Assembly: GCA_007132505.1 (NCBI GenBank)
Contig: SLOM01000098.1
Coordinates: 1 to 59,240, forward strand
Reading direction: 5' to 3'
Source of the DNA: Candidatus Sumerlaeota bacterium
Lineage (GTDB): Bacteria > Sumerlaeota > Sumerlaeia > SLMS01
Length of the DNA: 59,240 bases
A program made the translations under genes and the position numbers. Below the pieces are notes generated by a model, which had not been told where the DNA came from, made no database searches, and was given only the letters and a program-made list of their open reading frames with translations. Of this stretch, positions 38,810 through 48,052 are shown in pieces (within the stretch, counting starts at the first letter, position 1; each line of letters begins with the position of its first letter).

Positions 38810-39826
38810 TCAATAGCTGAACTTGTCCAGTTTAACCTTGCCACGGAAAATCCAGTACACCGAGGCCGTGTAGGCCAGAACGAACGGCATGCCCATCAGC
38901 GCAATAATGAACATGATCGTCAGCGTCTTCTGTGAGGAGGCCGCATTGTAGAGCGTCAGGTTGTGATCAGGGTCGAGTGACGACACGATCATGTTCGGGT
39001 ACACTCCGACACCGAAAACCAGCAGCAATGCCGCAATGACACAGCAGCTCGAGACAAAGGCCCGGAAGGGCAGGCCCAGATAGAGCGCCCGCGGAATGTT
39101 TGCCACCGCGAGGACCTTCAGCAGCACGAATCCCCACACCCACCAGAACTTCTCAAAATTATCTGTCATCTCCGGGTAGACCGAGAGGGTGAAAATGGTC
39201 GTGAGGACGTACATGATCAGGAAGAATGAGAGCGTCCGCGGAATCCAGCCCTTCACCTTTTCCTGCAGCTCCCCCTCCGTCTTCAGATACAGGTAGATGG
39301 AGCCGTGCATCATGAAGAGGGACAGCGTGAAAACCCCAACCAGGACAGAGTACGGGGAGAGCAGGTCGAAGAAGCTGCCCTGAAATTCCATGTCGGCACC
39401 GATGGGGAGCCCCACAACGAGGTTCCCGACGGCGACCCCAAAGAGGATGGACGCAAGAATACTCGACGCGCAGAAGGAAACGTCCCAGATCTTCCGCCAC
39501 CAGCCCCATTCTTCCTTGCTGCGCACCTCCAGCGCCACGGCGCGGAAAATCAGTGCGAACAGCAGCAGCATGAACGCCAGATAGAACCCCGAGAAGGCCG
39601 TCGCATAGGCGTGCGGAAACGCCGCGAAGAGCGCCCCGCCAGCCGTCACGAGCCAGACCTCGTTGCCGTCCCAGACAGGGCCGATGGAATTCATCGAAAG
39701 CCGCCGCTCCTCGTCGCCCTTGGTGAACAGGTGGAGCGCTCCCACGCCCAGGTCGAACCCGTCCAGGATTGCATAACCCATGATCAGAAAACCGAGCAGG
39801 AGGAACCAGATGGTGTTCAGATCCAT
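38810..39826 (-). CDS. cydB: Cytochrome bd ubiquinol oxidase subunit II
   Basis: MDLNTIWFLLLGFLIMGYAILDGFDLGVG and VWDGNEVWLV are classic CydB motifs. Begins 4 nt after cydA. Confidence 0.9.
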   Translation of the reverse strand: MDLNTIWFLLLGFLIMGYAILDGFDLGVGALHLFTKGDEERRLSMNSIGPVWDGNEVWLVTAGGALFAAFPHAYATAFSGFYLAFMLLLFALIFRAVALEVRSKEEWGWWRKIWDVSFCASSILASILFGVAVGNLVVGLPIGADMEFQGSFFDLLSPYSVLVGVFTLSLFMMHGSIYLYLKTEGELQEKVKGWIPRTLSFFLIMYVLTTIFTLSVYPEMTDNFEKFWWVWGFVLLKVLAVANIPRALYLGLPFRAFVSSCCVIAALLLVFGVGVYPNMIVSSLDPDHNLTLYNAASSQKTLTIMFIIALMGMPFVLAYTASVYWIFRGKVKLDKFSY

Positions 39827-39830
39827 GTCC

Positions 39831-41336
39831 TTACTCCTCCTTTCCCTCGGCGAGGTGGCCCCGGCCAGGACCGCGCCGTGTCACGGCCTCCATCACGTCC
39901 TCTGCTTCCACCTTGCCCTTGCGGACAGGAGTTTCGACGAATTCCTCCGGCCCGCTTCGTATCTTCCGATCAAGCAGGTAGATATACATGAAGAAAAGGA
40001 GCGCATAAATCAGGAGGAACAGGAACAGGGACCCCAGCACGGAACTCGCGCCGACCGCCTTCGAGAAACCATGTTCCGTGCGCAGGATATCGTAAACAAC
40101 CCACGGCTGCCGGCCCACTTCCGCGGCAATCCAGCCCGTGTGGTTGGCAATGTAGGGCAGAATGACCGAGAACACAAACACCCACATCAGCCATGTTTTC
40201 TCGAACAACGTGCCACGCCACAGGAAGTAGAGTGCGAGCAGCGTAATTCCTATAAAATAGAACCCGAGGCCAACCATGATGTGATAGGAGGTGAAGCTGA
40301 TGAAGACCGGTGGCCAATCCTCCCTCGGGAACTGGTCCAGACCGGCTACCGGCTCGCTGAAGTTCCCGTGCACAAGGAAGCTCAGCATCCCCGGAATCTT
40401 CACTCCGTAGTCAACCCTCTCCGCACTGCTGTTCGGAATCCCGAACAGGTAGAGTGGCGAGTACTCCTCCGTCTGATAGAGGCCCTCGAAAGCCGCCAGC
40501 TTGGCCGGCTGGTGCTCCGCGACGATCTCCGCCGAGAGGTGCCCCAGGAATGGCTGCACAAGCGACCAGAACGCGCCAAACACGAGCGCGATGGCAAAGC
40601 AGCGCTTGGAAAGCTCCGGGTACCGGCCGCGCGCAATGTAATATCCGCAGACGCTCATCACGACAAACGAAGCCAGCACGAAGCAGCCAACCACCGTGTG
40701 CAGAATCCTCACCACGCTCGAGGGGTTCAGCACCATCTCCCAGAAGGAGGTGATCTCCGCCCGCGGCATGATGCCGTCCAGCGCTTCCGGATCGTACACA
40801 AACGGCATCTCCATGGGAAAGGAGTTCCCCGCCTGATCGTACCCAATGATGTGGAAGCCCGCAGGCGTCTGCATCCAACTGTTCGCCACGACGATCCAGA
40901 CCGCGGAAAAGATCGAACCGAGGAACACCATCACGGTCGAGAAGAAGTGCATTTTCGGTCCCACCTTGTCCCAGCCAAACACGAGAATTGCCAGGAAGCC
41001 GGACTCGAGGAAGAAGGCGAAAATGCCCTCGGCGGCCAGGGCGGAGCCGAACACGTCACCCACAAAGCGGGAATAGGTTGCCCAGTTCGTCCCGAATTGA
41101 AACTCCATGACGATGCCTGAGGCGACGCCGAGACCGAAGGTCAGGGCGAAGATCTTCACCCAGAACTTCGTCATCTGCTCGTAGACGGGATTGCGGGTCT
41201 TGAGGTATGTACCCTCCATGATGACCAGCAGGGCGCCGAGCCCGATGGTCAGTGGCGGAAACAGGTAGTGGAACATGATGGTCGCCGCGAATTGAATTCG
41301 CGAGAGCATCACAACATCGGTAAGCCAATCAAACAC
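39831..41336 (-). CDS. cydA: Cytochrome bd ubiquinol oxidase subunit I
   Basis: [37 protein letters not shown] place the start at GTG 41336 (GGAGG 7 nt upstream). The tracked ORF runs to 41393. Confidence 0.9.
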   Translation of the reverse strand: MFDWLTDVVMLSRIQFAATIMFHYLFPPLTIGLGALLVIMEGTYLKTRNPVYEQMTKFWVKIFALTFGLGVASGIVMEFQFGTNWATYSRFVGDVFGSALAAEGIFAFFLESGFLAILVFGWDKVGPKMHFFSTVMVFLGSIFSAVWIVVANSWMQTPAGFHIIGYDQAGNSFPMEMPFVYDPEALDGIMPRAEITSFWEMVLNPSSVVRILHTVVGCFVLASFVVMSVCGYYIARGRYPELSKRCFAIALVFGAFWSLVQPFLGHLSAEIVAEHQPAKLAAFEGLYQTEEYSPLYLFGIPNSSAERVDYGVKIPGMLSFLVHGNFSEPVAGLDQFPREDWPPVFISFTSYHIMVGLGFYFIGITLLALYFLWRGTLFEKTWLMWVFVFSVILPYIANHTGWIAAEVGRQPWVVYDILRTEHGFSKAVGASSVLGSLFLFLLIYALLFFMYIYLLDRKIRSGPEEFVETPVRKGKVEAEDVMEAVTRRGPGRGHLAEGKEE

Positions 41337-41451
41337 CCGGGCACCTCCGTGGGGGAACGCAGGGATGTGGGGCCGACGCCGGCCGGAGACCACCGGGCCG
41401 GGACGGGGTGATGGGGTGGAGATTCACAGATGTGTGCGGTGCGGCAGCCCT

Positions 41452-41465
41452 CTCCCCGCGGGGAG
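41452..41465. promoter_or_regulatory. 14-nt perfect palindrome between rrf2 and cydA
   Basis: CTCCCCGCGGGGAG, 38 nt after the rrf2 stop and ~115 nt before the cydA start. Could be a weak hairpin or a dimer-binding site. Confidence 0.25.
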
Positions 41466-41502
41466 GTGGCCGGTGTGTGAGGGGGCAGGTCCGGCGTGGG
41501 GT

Positions 41503-41988
41503 TCATTCCTCCGTGCTGGAGTCCTCTTGTGGATCTGCGGTGTCCTCCTGGGCTTCTGCGGGCGCGAGGATCGTCTGCCGCCTGCGCTCGAACTCGGCAA
41601 CGGTGGCCAAGTGGATGGTTTCCAGCTCCGAGCGGATGCGCCCGCGGACGACCTTCCAATGCTCGTGCATGGGGCACGCGCGCTCGTCGTTGCACTCCTC
41701 AAGTCCGAGGACGCAGCGGTCCAGCCACTCGTTTCCCTCGACGGCCTCGGCAATCTCGAGCAGGGAAATCTGCTGTGGCTCGCGGGCCAGCACCACACCG
41801 CCCTTGTAGCCGCGTTTGGTGCTCACGAGCCCGCGCTGCGCCAGCGCGTGGATCAGCTTCGAGAGGTAGGGCTTCGGGATGCCGGCGGCCTTGGCCACAT
41901 CGCGCACGAGAATGGGCGAACCGCTGGGACCTTCCATGCAGGCGAGGGCCAGGATGGCGTACCCGGTGGTTTGGGAGAGTGAGAGCAT
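41503..41988 (-). CDS. Rrf2-family transcriptional regulator with three-Cys cluster-ligand motif
   Basis: MLSLSQTTGYAILALACM....ILVRDVAKAAGIPKPYLSKLIHALAQRGLVSTKRGYKGG, and C-x6-C-x5-C (CVLGLEECNDERAC). Confidence 0.85.
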   Translation of the reverse strand: MLSLSQTTGYAILALACMEGPSGSPILVRDVAKAAGIPKPYLSKLIHALAQRGLVSTKRGYKGGVVLAREPQQISLLEIAEAVEGNEWLDRCVLGLEECNDERACPMHEHWKVVRGRIRSELETIHLATVAEFERRRQTILAPAEAQEDTADPQEDSSTEE

Positions 41989-42275
41989 GATGGCGTCGGA
42001 CCTGTGCGGAGTTGGTTTGCAACGATACGGAAGCAACTCGGCAGGAGACTCTGGGGTCAACAATAAAGGGGACTGCCCGGCAAACAAAATTGGTCGGGTC
42101 GGGGTGATCTATTGGGGGAGCTCCTCCCCTGAAGGTTGCCAGACCGTGCGCATCGCTTCTCCGTTGACGGCGGCAAGACCCCTGCGGCTCTCTGTTGCCG
42201 CTATTCGCGAGCCTTCGCTCCCATCCGGTGGGTGGAAGCCGGGGTTCGGTTCATGTTCAAGGTGCCAGACAAACC

Positions 42276-44384
42276 ATGATTCAAAAACTGAGAAACCCCT
42301 ACTGGATGAAGTGGGGACTTTGGGTGGTCCTCGGGCTGACGATTCCTGCCTTCGTGCTCTTCTATGGCTTCGGGGACGTGGGCGGCCCCTCTCCCGGCAT
42401 GCAGGCCGGTTCGCTCCTGACCGTGCACACGGACAGGGGACGCGTCGAATTCGGCCCTCGGGAGTTGGATGGAGCCAGGCGCGAGGCTGCCAGCTACTAC
42501 ACCAACGTTTACGCGGCCTACACGGGCATCCCCGCCTTTCAGCTCCGGCAGATCCAGGACCAGCTTCGTGGTGCCATGCGCCCGCCCGACGTGGTGGATT
42601 TCGCGGTAGCGCAGGTGGCGCTCCAGGACCGGCTCGACCGGCAGGGTGTCCGGGTCACCGACGGGCAGGTGCGCCAATACCTCCGCGAGGCCGGAATCAC
42701 CCGGCAGGAGCTTGAGGGCATCCTGCGCGCGAACCGCATGACCGAGCACGAGTATGCCTCGATCATCCGGCGCCAACTCCGCACCGACATGGCAGCCCAG
42801 ACGGTCCAGCGCGTCGCCCGCACCTCACTTCTCGAGCTCTGGCAGGAGTACCTGCTGGCGAGAGAAAAGCTGACTTTCGATTACGTCCGCCTGCCGGTCC
42901 GCGTGGACGGGGAGATGGAGCTGGACGAGGAGGAGTTGCAGGCCCGTTACGACCGGATGGTCGAGGAGCGCGACTCCTCCGTGATCGAGCGCCAGAAGTA
43001 CGTCTACGACTACGTCAAGATAGACGTGCCGCGCGCATCCCCCGAAGAGCCCACCGAAGAGGAGCTGCGGGAGGCATGGGAAGCCGCGCCGGATGACGAC
43101 GCACAGCTCCAGCAGGAGGGTGGCATCGAGGTGCGCCACGTGCTCGTGGCGCTCGGCCCCGCCATGGAGGAAGAGGAGCGCGAGGCGGCACGCGAACGCG
43201 CCGAGGAAGCGCGCAGGCGCATCGTCGAGGACGGCGAGGACTTCGCTGAAGTGGCCAACGAGATGTCCGAGGACACGCGCAATCTGGACTTCTCGGACGT
43301 TGAAATCGTCGAGGGGGAAGACCCCGAACCCCGCCTCCGCGGCGGATTGCTGCCAACCAAGCTTGAAGGCGACGAGATAGACGCTTGGGGCGAGGACTGG
43401 ATCCGCTACATCAACGAGGCGGATGAGGGGGAGGTCTCCCCCGTCATCGAAACGCCGCAAGGCTACTCGGTCGTGAAGGTGGAGTCCCGGACGGAAGCTG
43501 GCAAGAGGCCCTTTGACGACGTTCGCTCGATCCTCCGCAACCGGATGATGTCGGAACGGCGCCGGGCGGCACAGGATGAACGCGAAGAGAGGCTGGCCGA
43601 CGCACGCAGGCGGCTTTCCGCCGCGGTGGCGGCCCAAACGACACTCGAAGGCGTGGCAGGCGAGGTGGACTCGGAGGTAAGGACAACCGAGCCGATTCTC
43701 CCCGACCGGACCAACATCCCCGAAATCGGAAACCTCTCCAACGAACGCGAGGCACTCCGGCTCCTTATCAGCGAGGGAGACCAGACCGGATTGTTGCAGA
43801 CCAATGATGGCCAGCCGGTGGTCATGCGCCTGGCCGAAATCCGACCCGAGCGAGTTCTTGAGTTCGACGAGGTCCGCTCCACTGTTGAGAACACCCTCCG
43901 CAGGGAGAAGACCCGCGAAGCTGTCCTGGCAAGGGCTGAAACCATCCGCGAGCGCGTCCAGGAGGGCGAGGACTTCACCGCCATCGCCGAAGAGCTGGAC
44001 TTGGAAATCAGCTCCATTGAGAGCAGCCCGCGGGAGGACATCCCGGAGCGGCTGACGGCTTTTGCCTCGCTGCATGAGGACCTCCTTCGCGTCGCACAAG
44101 GTGACGTCGTTATCTCTCGCGGCGGCGTGGGTGACTTCGTTTCGGAGTTTCTCGTGGCCCACATACACGAAGTTGAGGAGCCGGAGCTGAGCGAGTTCAT
44201 GGCCGATCTGCGTGCCTACGAGCGAGACCTCCTGAACGCGAAACGGCAGGGATACGTGGAGGATTTCCGACGCGACGCCGCCCAGAGGCTGCGGACGGAC
44301 ATCAGCGAGCAACTCATCCCCCCGGAACCCGAGCCACGGCGCCGGTCACGCAGAGACCGCGAAGGCGACCCGCCGGCCAAGTAA
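42276..44384 (+). CDS. ppiD: PpiD/SurA-like periplasmic chaperone with parvulin PPIase domain
   Basis: N-terminal anchor MIQKLRNPYWMKWGLWVVLGLTIPAFVLFYGFG. Parvulin block IEVRHVLVAL...EDFAEVANEMSED...G.L........EVSPVIETPQGYSVVKVE. Confidence 0.6.
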   Translation: MIQKLRNPYWMKWGLWVVLGLTIPAFVLFYGFGDVGGPSPGMQAGSLLTVHTDRGRVEFGPRELDGARREAASYYTNVYAAYTGIPAFQLRQIQDQLRGAMRPPDVVDFAVAQVALQDRLDRQGVRVTDGQVRQYLREAGITRQELEGILRANRMTEHEYASIIRRQLRTDMAAQTVQRVARTSLLELWQEYLLAREKLTFDYVRLPVRVDGEMELDEEELQARYDRMVEERDSSVIERQKYVYDYVKIDVPRASPEEPTEEELREAWEAAPDDDAQLQQEGGIEVRHVLVALGPAMEEEEREAARERAEEARRRIVEDGEDFAEVANEMSEDTRNLDFSDVEIVEGEDPEPRLRGGLLPTKLEGDEIDAWGEDWIRYINEADEGEVSPVIETPQGYSVVKVESRTEAGKRPFDDVRSILRNRMMSERRRAAQDEREERLADARRRLSAAVAAQTTLEGVAGEVDSEVRTTEPILPDRTNIPEIGNLSNEREALRLLISEGDQTGLLQTNDGQPVVMRLAEIRPERVLEFDEVRSTVENTLRREKTREAVLARAETIRERVQEGEDFTAIAEELDLEISSIESSPREDIPERLTAFASLHEDLLRVAQGDVVISRGGVGDFVSEFLVAHIHEVEEPELSEFMADLRAYERDLLNAKRQGYVEDFRRDAAQRLRTDISEQLIPPEPEPRRRSRRDREGDPPAK

Positions 44385-44463
44385 CCGGAAAAGCATGGGT
44401 TTTCTCTGCTCCTGCGGATAAGCCCTTTAGTCCGCGAATAAACCGATTCCAGCTGCCAGAACT

Positions 44464-44492
44464 GGCCCCGTCCGTGCCTGATGGACGGGGCC
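44464..44492 (+). terminator. Perfect 10-bp stem-loop downstream of ppiD
   Basis: GGCCCCGTCC, loop gtgcctgat, GGACGGGGCC, 80 nt after the ppiD stop. No U-tract directly follows. An unusual T8 run lies at 44538-44545. Confidence 0.4.
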
Positions 44493-44645
44493 GGGTTGCA
44501 AATAGCCCTCGCATTTTGCCGTCCACGCGTCCCACAATTTTTTTTGAAGAGTGTGCAACAGGCCCGCTCCTCCAATCGGGAAGCCGGGCCGCTGACACAG
44601 TCTTTCATCACCTGCCGAAACAAAAGGGAGCGGAGTACGCGCGCC

Positions 44646-45983
44646 ATGGCGAAGAAGAAAGAAGAGAAGGCGAAGGAAACAGCAGGTCAGGCCGGAGAAG
44701 AGAAGAAGTCTCCGTCAACGCGGAAGACCTCGGCCAGGAGCAAGAGCTCAGAAGCCAAGGAACCGAAGAAGACTGCCCGGAAGACAGCGGCCGGCAGCAC
44801 TCCGAAGAAGAAGGCCGCCACACCCCGAAAGAAGACCGATCCTGCCGCGGCCACCAAGAAACGGAAGACCGCAACACCCGCCAAGCCGGCAGCCGTAAAG
44901 AGGACTGCAGCGCCCCGCGCAGCCACCAAGAAGTCCGCAGGGACGCCCTCCGCAGAGTCCGTCACGAGGGCCCCTCAGCCCGTTTCGCAGGATGTGCAAG
45001 GGCCATCGCCAGCCGCTCCACAGAACGGCCCGGAGGACTACCGCCGCCTCGAGGAAGATCCACGCGAGCTTCCCCTTGAATACGGCGAGACGAAACTCGT
45101 CCTGCTGACCCGCGACCCCGAATGGATATTCGCCTACTGGGAGATGAGCCCGGAGACCCGACAGGAGTTCGGGCTGCCGCGCGGCCATCACTCAAAGCAC
45201 CTCATTCTGCGGATCTTCGACCTGGCACTTGGTGCTCCCGGACAGGGGGCCGAGTCCTTCGATGTGGCCATCAACGACTACACGTCCTCCTGGTACATCC
45301 GCGTGCCCAAGCCTGGGACCTCCTATGCCGTTCAGCTCGGCATCCTTGAGGGCGACCACTTCCGGGTCATCGCCGCCTCGAACACGATCCACATTCCGCG
45401 GCGCGGCATCTCCGAGGAAACCGACGTGCAGTTCGCCGAGATCAACGACGAGGTCTACCAACAGATTGTGCACCTTTCCGGTGGCGCACGCATAGGGAAG
45501 CGGCTCGGCAGTGATGAGTTCCTTCGTTCGCTTCAGCAGCGTGTCATGGACACTCTCGCCGAAGGACCCTTCAGCAGTGCGGGCATCTCAAGTGGGCTGA
45601 TGTACGGTGAGTCCAGTGCCCTGCTGGGTGGTGCGAGCGGCGAGTTCTCCGGGGTGTTCCACGAGGGCTTCGGGAGCGACATGCTTGGTGGGGGCCCCAC
45701 GGCCGTCCGCCGGGGGCAGGGAGCCGCAGAGGACCGGGATTTCTGGCTGGAAGTGGGCGTGGACGTGGTCGTGTACGGCGCCACGGAACCGGATGCCCGG
45801 GTGAGCATCATGGGCCAGGAAATCCGCCTCACGCCGGACGGAACGTTCCGCCTGCGCATGGTCCTGCCGGACAGCACGGTTGAGTTCCCCATTGAGGCAC
45901 AGAGCCCCGATGGCCGGGAGGTCCGCCGGGTGAAGCCCATCATCACGCGCACAACCGAGGGCGACCCGCGAAAGCCCGCCTGA
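44646..45983 (+). CDS. DUF4912-family protein with Lys/Ala/Pro/Thr-rich N-terminal tail
   Basis: LVLLTRDPEWIFAYWEMSPE and the C-terminal VVVYGATEPDARVSIMGQEIRLTPDGTFRLRMVLPD match the DUF4912 pattern as I recall it. ATG 44646 follows AAAGGGAG. Confidence 0.6.
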   Translation: MAKKKEEKAKETAGQAGEEKKSPSTRKTSARSKSSEAKEPKKTARKTAAGSTPKKKAATPRKKTDPAAATKKRKTATPAKPAAVKRTAAPRAATKKSAGTPSAESVTRAPQPVSQDVQGPSPAAPQNGPEDYRRLEEDPRELPLEYGETKLVLLTRDPEWIFAYWEMSPETRQEFGLPRGHHSKHLILRIFDLALGAPGQGAESFDVAINDYTSSWYIRVPKPGTSYAVQLGILEGDHFRVIAASNTIHIPRRGISEETDVQFAEINDEVYQQIVHLSGGARIGKRLGSDEFLRSLQQRVMDTLAEGPFSSAGISSGLMYGESSALLGGASGEFSGVFHEGFGSDMLGGGPTAVRRGQGAAEDRDFWLEVGVDVVVYGATEPDARVSIMGQEIRLTPDGTFRLRMVLPDSTVEFPIEAQSPDGREVRRVKPIITRTTEGDPRKPA

Positions 45984-46010
45984 CCGGCAGCTTCGATCGG
46001 ACCGCTTCAA

Positions 46011-46027
46011 GCCGCGGGGTTCGCGGC
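46011..46027 (+). terminator. Short GC hairpin after the DUF4912 gene
   Basis: GCCGCG, loop gggtt, CGCGGC, followed by ATGTTTGG. Confidence 0.3.
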
Positions 46028-46148
46028 ATGTTTGGCGAATCTCTTGCTCCGCAGCCAGCATGGGAATGGGTTGGCGGTATCATCGCTTGCCCGCCCGATC
46101 CCCCCTGTCACCGACTAACCGACATCGCCATCCAATGAGGGAGTTCGA

Positions 46149-46460
46149 ATGCCCCAAGTTACGTTTATGCCCATCAACAAGACGGTCGAGGCCGAGGAAG
46201 GCCAGACGCTCCTCGAGGTCAGCGAGGAGTATGACATTGGCCTCGAGCACGCCTGCGGCGGTGTCTGCGCCTGCTCCACCTGCCACGTCATCGTTCAGGA
46301 CGGGACCGACGAGGCCCTCGAGGAGCCCGAGGACGAGGAGATTGACACCATGGACAAGCTCGTCTCCAACCAGACGCTGCACAGCCGCCTCGGTTGTCAG
46401 GCCAGGGTAGTGGGGGACGTGAAAGTGGAACTCGTAAACTGGCCGCCGCGGGAACTCTGA
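46149..46460 (+). CDS. fdx: [2Fe-2S] ferredoxin, ISC/adrenodoxin type
   Basis: HACGGVCACSTCHVIV ... HSRLGCQARV is collinear with E. coli Fdx. Confidence 0.88.
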   Translation: MPQVTFMPINKTVEAEEGQTLLEVSEEYDIGLEHACGGVCACSTCHVIVQDGTDEALEEPEDEEIDTMDKLVSNQTLHSRLGCQARVVGDVKVELVNWPPREL

Positions 46461-46506
46461 ACTCGCGCTCTACCTTTCCGAAAAACAACGACGCTGAGGA
46501 GCCCCC

Positions 46507-46716
46507 ATGCAACTAGGCTGGAACGACCTGGACGACATCGCCATCGCGCTATACGAACGCTTCCCCGGCAAGGACCCGCTGCAGGTGCGGTTCACCGACC
46601 TGCTGGACTGGGTCCTCGAGATCGAAGGATTTACCGGCACCCGAGAGGAGTCCACCGAGGGGAAGCTGGAAGCCATCCAGATGGCCTGGCTGGAAGAATA
46701 CAAGGACAACCAGTAG
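46507..46716 (+). CDS. iscX: Fe-S assembly protein IscX
   Basis: MQLGWNDLDDIAIALYERFPGKDPLQVRFTDLLDWVLEIEGF parallels E. coli IscX (W.D...I..AL.......DP..VRFTD...W...LE.F). Confidence 0.85.
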   Translation: MQLGWNDLDDIAIALYERFPGKDPLQVRFTDLLDWVLEIEGFTGTREESTEGKLEAIQMAWLEEYKDNQ

Positions 46717-46747
46717 CTCCTCCCACCCCTCCGCAAGGACCAAGGGA

Positions 46748-47074
46748 ATGCCAAGCGAACTGAGCATCGAGCTGGAAGATATTCCCGACGGACAGGCCCT
46801 GCGGGTGGAGCTGGACGGCAGGCCGGTGGCACTGTTCCGGCGCGGCGGGGAGGTTTTCGCAATTGATGCCGTATGCCCGCATCGCCGCGGTCCGCTGGAC
46901 AGTGTCACCATGGACGAGAAGGGGATAGTGACCTGCCCGTGGCATGGGTGGCAGTTCGACGCCCGCACCGGGAAGTCCCCCAGCCATCCCGGGCGCGTCC
47001 TCACCTACCCGATCGAGCGTGATGGAAACCGAATTACAGTGAGACTCCCGGAACAGCTTCGCGGACAGGCATGA
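46748..47074 (+). CDS. Small soluble Rieske [2Fe-2S] protein (NirD/ferredoxin-subunit type)
   Basis: CPHRRGPL ... CPWHGWQFD. Confidence 0.85.
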   Translation: MPSELSIELEDIPDGQALRVELDGRPVALFRRGGEVFAIDAVCPHRRGPLDSVTMDEKGIVTCPWHGWQFDARTGKSPSHPGRVLTYPIERDGNRITVRLPEQLRGQA

Positions 47075-47114
47075 GCCGCACCAGCACGACTCTCTCCAGA
47101 CAGGAAGACGACCA

Positions 47115-48008
47115 ATGACCGAACGGACGGAGACCGAGAACCGGGCCGATGACGCGCTCGGCGCGGTGGCTGCCAGGAGCGCCGCCGCCTTCGAGGCGTG
47201 GCTGGACAAGCACTTCCCGGGAGCCTCCGCCTCCCGCTCCCTCGTCCTCGAGAAGACGGACGAGGCGTTTGCCCTGATGAAGGAAGAGAAGGGGGAGGAC
47301 GCGACCCTTGACGAGGCCTTCGCAGCCGATGCGGCCTCCTTCCTCGGCGAGGAGTTCCGCCGGCGCCATGGCGGCGACTGGGAAGACTCCGATCTATACG
47401 GTCCCCACATCGCCCGCATCGCTGGCATCCCCGAGGGGCGCTTTCATCCGATGGCTATCGTGGAGCGCAAGTGGGCCACCTGCAGGAGCTTCACTCTTGC
47501 CGCCTTCTACGGCTCCCTGCCCCCTCGTCTGGACGCGGAGAAGAAGATCGCGGACAAGCCGGCCGGTTCGCTCGAGGAACACACCGCCCGCCTTCGCGGA
47601 AGGACCGGCAGCGAGGCCGCGCAGGCCGCCGCCGCCCTGGCCGGGGAGTTCCGTGATTTCTGGCGCGGACGGTACGGCATGAGCCCTCCACTCTCCCTCA
47701 CCGGCGTGCGCGAGGTGGACGGCTTTCTCCGCAGTCACTACTACGTGAGTTTCCTCTCTCCGGAGCGGCTCGTGCAGGCCGGGTTCTTCGTCGGCGAGAT
47801 CGGACGTGGTCTCTTCGATGGGCAGTGGCACTTCGGCGACATGGGCACCATTGACCGCGCGGCGCTCCGCTTCCCCGAGCTGGACTATTTCCCGGTTGGC
47901 CGCCTCTTCAAGATGATGACCGAACGGCCCGCCGGTGAACCGCTCGACGAGTACCTCCGGCTCATTCCAAGCGCCCGCAAGGAACTCCGTGGGCAGGGAA
48001 GCGTATAG
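47115..48008 (+). CDS. Hypothetical protein with apparent two-fold internal repeat
   Basis: 297-aa ORF, 40 nt after the Rieske gene. FLGEEFRRRHGGDWEDSD..PEGRFHPMAIVERK and FVGEIGRGLFDGQWHFGD..PELDYFPVGRLFKM look like repeats. Confidence 0.55.
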   Translation: MTERTETENRADDALGAVAARSAAAFEAWLDKHFPGASASRSLVLEKTDEAFALMKEEKGEDATLDEAFAADAASFLGEEFRRRHGGDWEDSDLYGPHIARIAGIPEGRFHPMAIVERKWATCRSFTLAAFYGSLPPRLDAEKKIADKPAGSLEEHTARLRGRTGSEAAQAAAALAGEFRDFWRGRYGMSPPLSLTGVREVDGFLRSHYYVSFLSPERLVQAGFFVGEIGRGLFDGQWHFGDMGTIDRAALRFPELDYFPVGRLFKMMTERPAGEPLDEYLRLIPSARKELRGQGSV

Positions 48009-48052
48009 CCACCCTCCGGGTTGACCCCACGCCTCGACGCACAAAGCCGAGG

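Noticed and set aside
39780-41120. 446-aa ORF antisense to cydA (similar cases: 32395-33684 versus tsaC, 42825-44312 versus ppiD, 50188-51486 versus the phosphoesterase, 2763-4253 and 406-1266 versus the ABC genes, 16195-17172 versus ectC/ectD, 14779-15627 versus ectB)
   Set aside because: All are shadows of well-supported genes. They have Arg/Gly/Pro-rich or otherwise unnatural composition and no recognisable domains.
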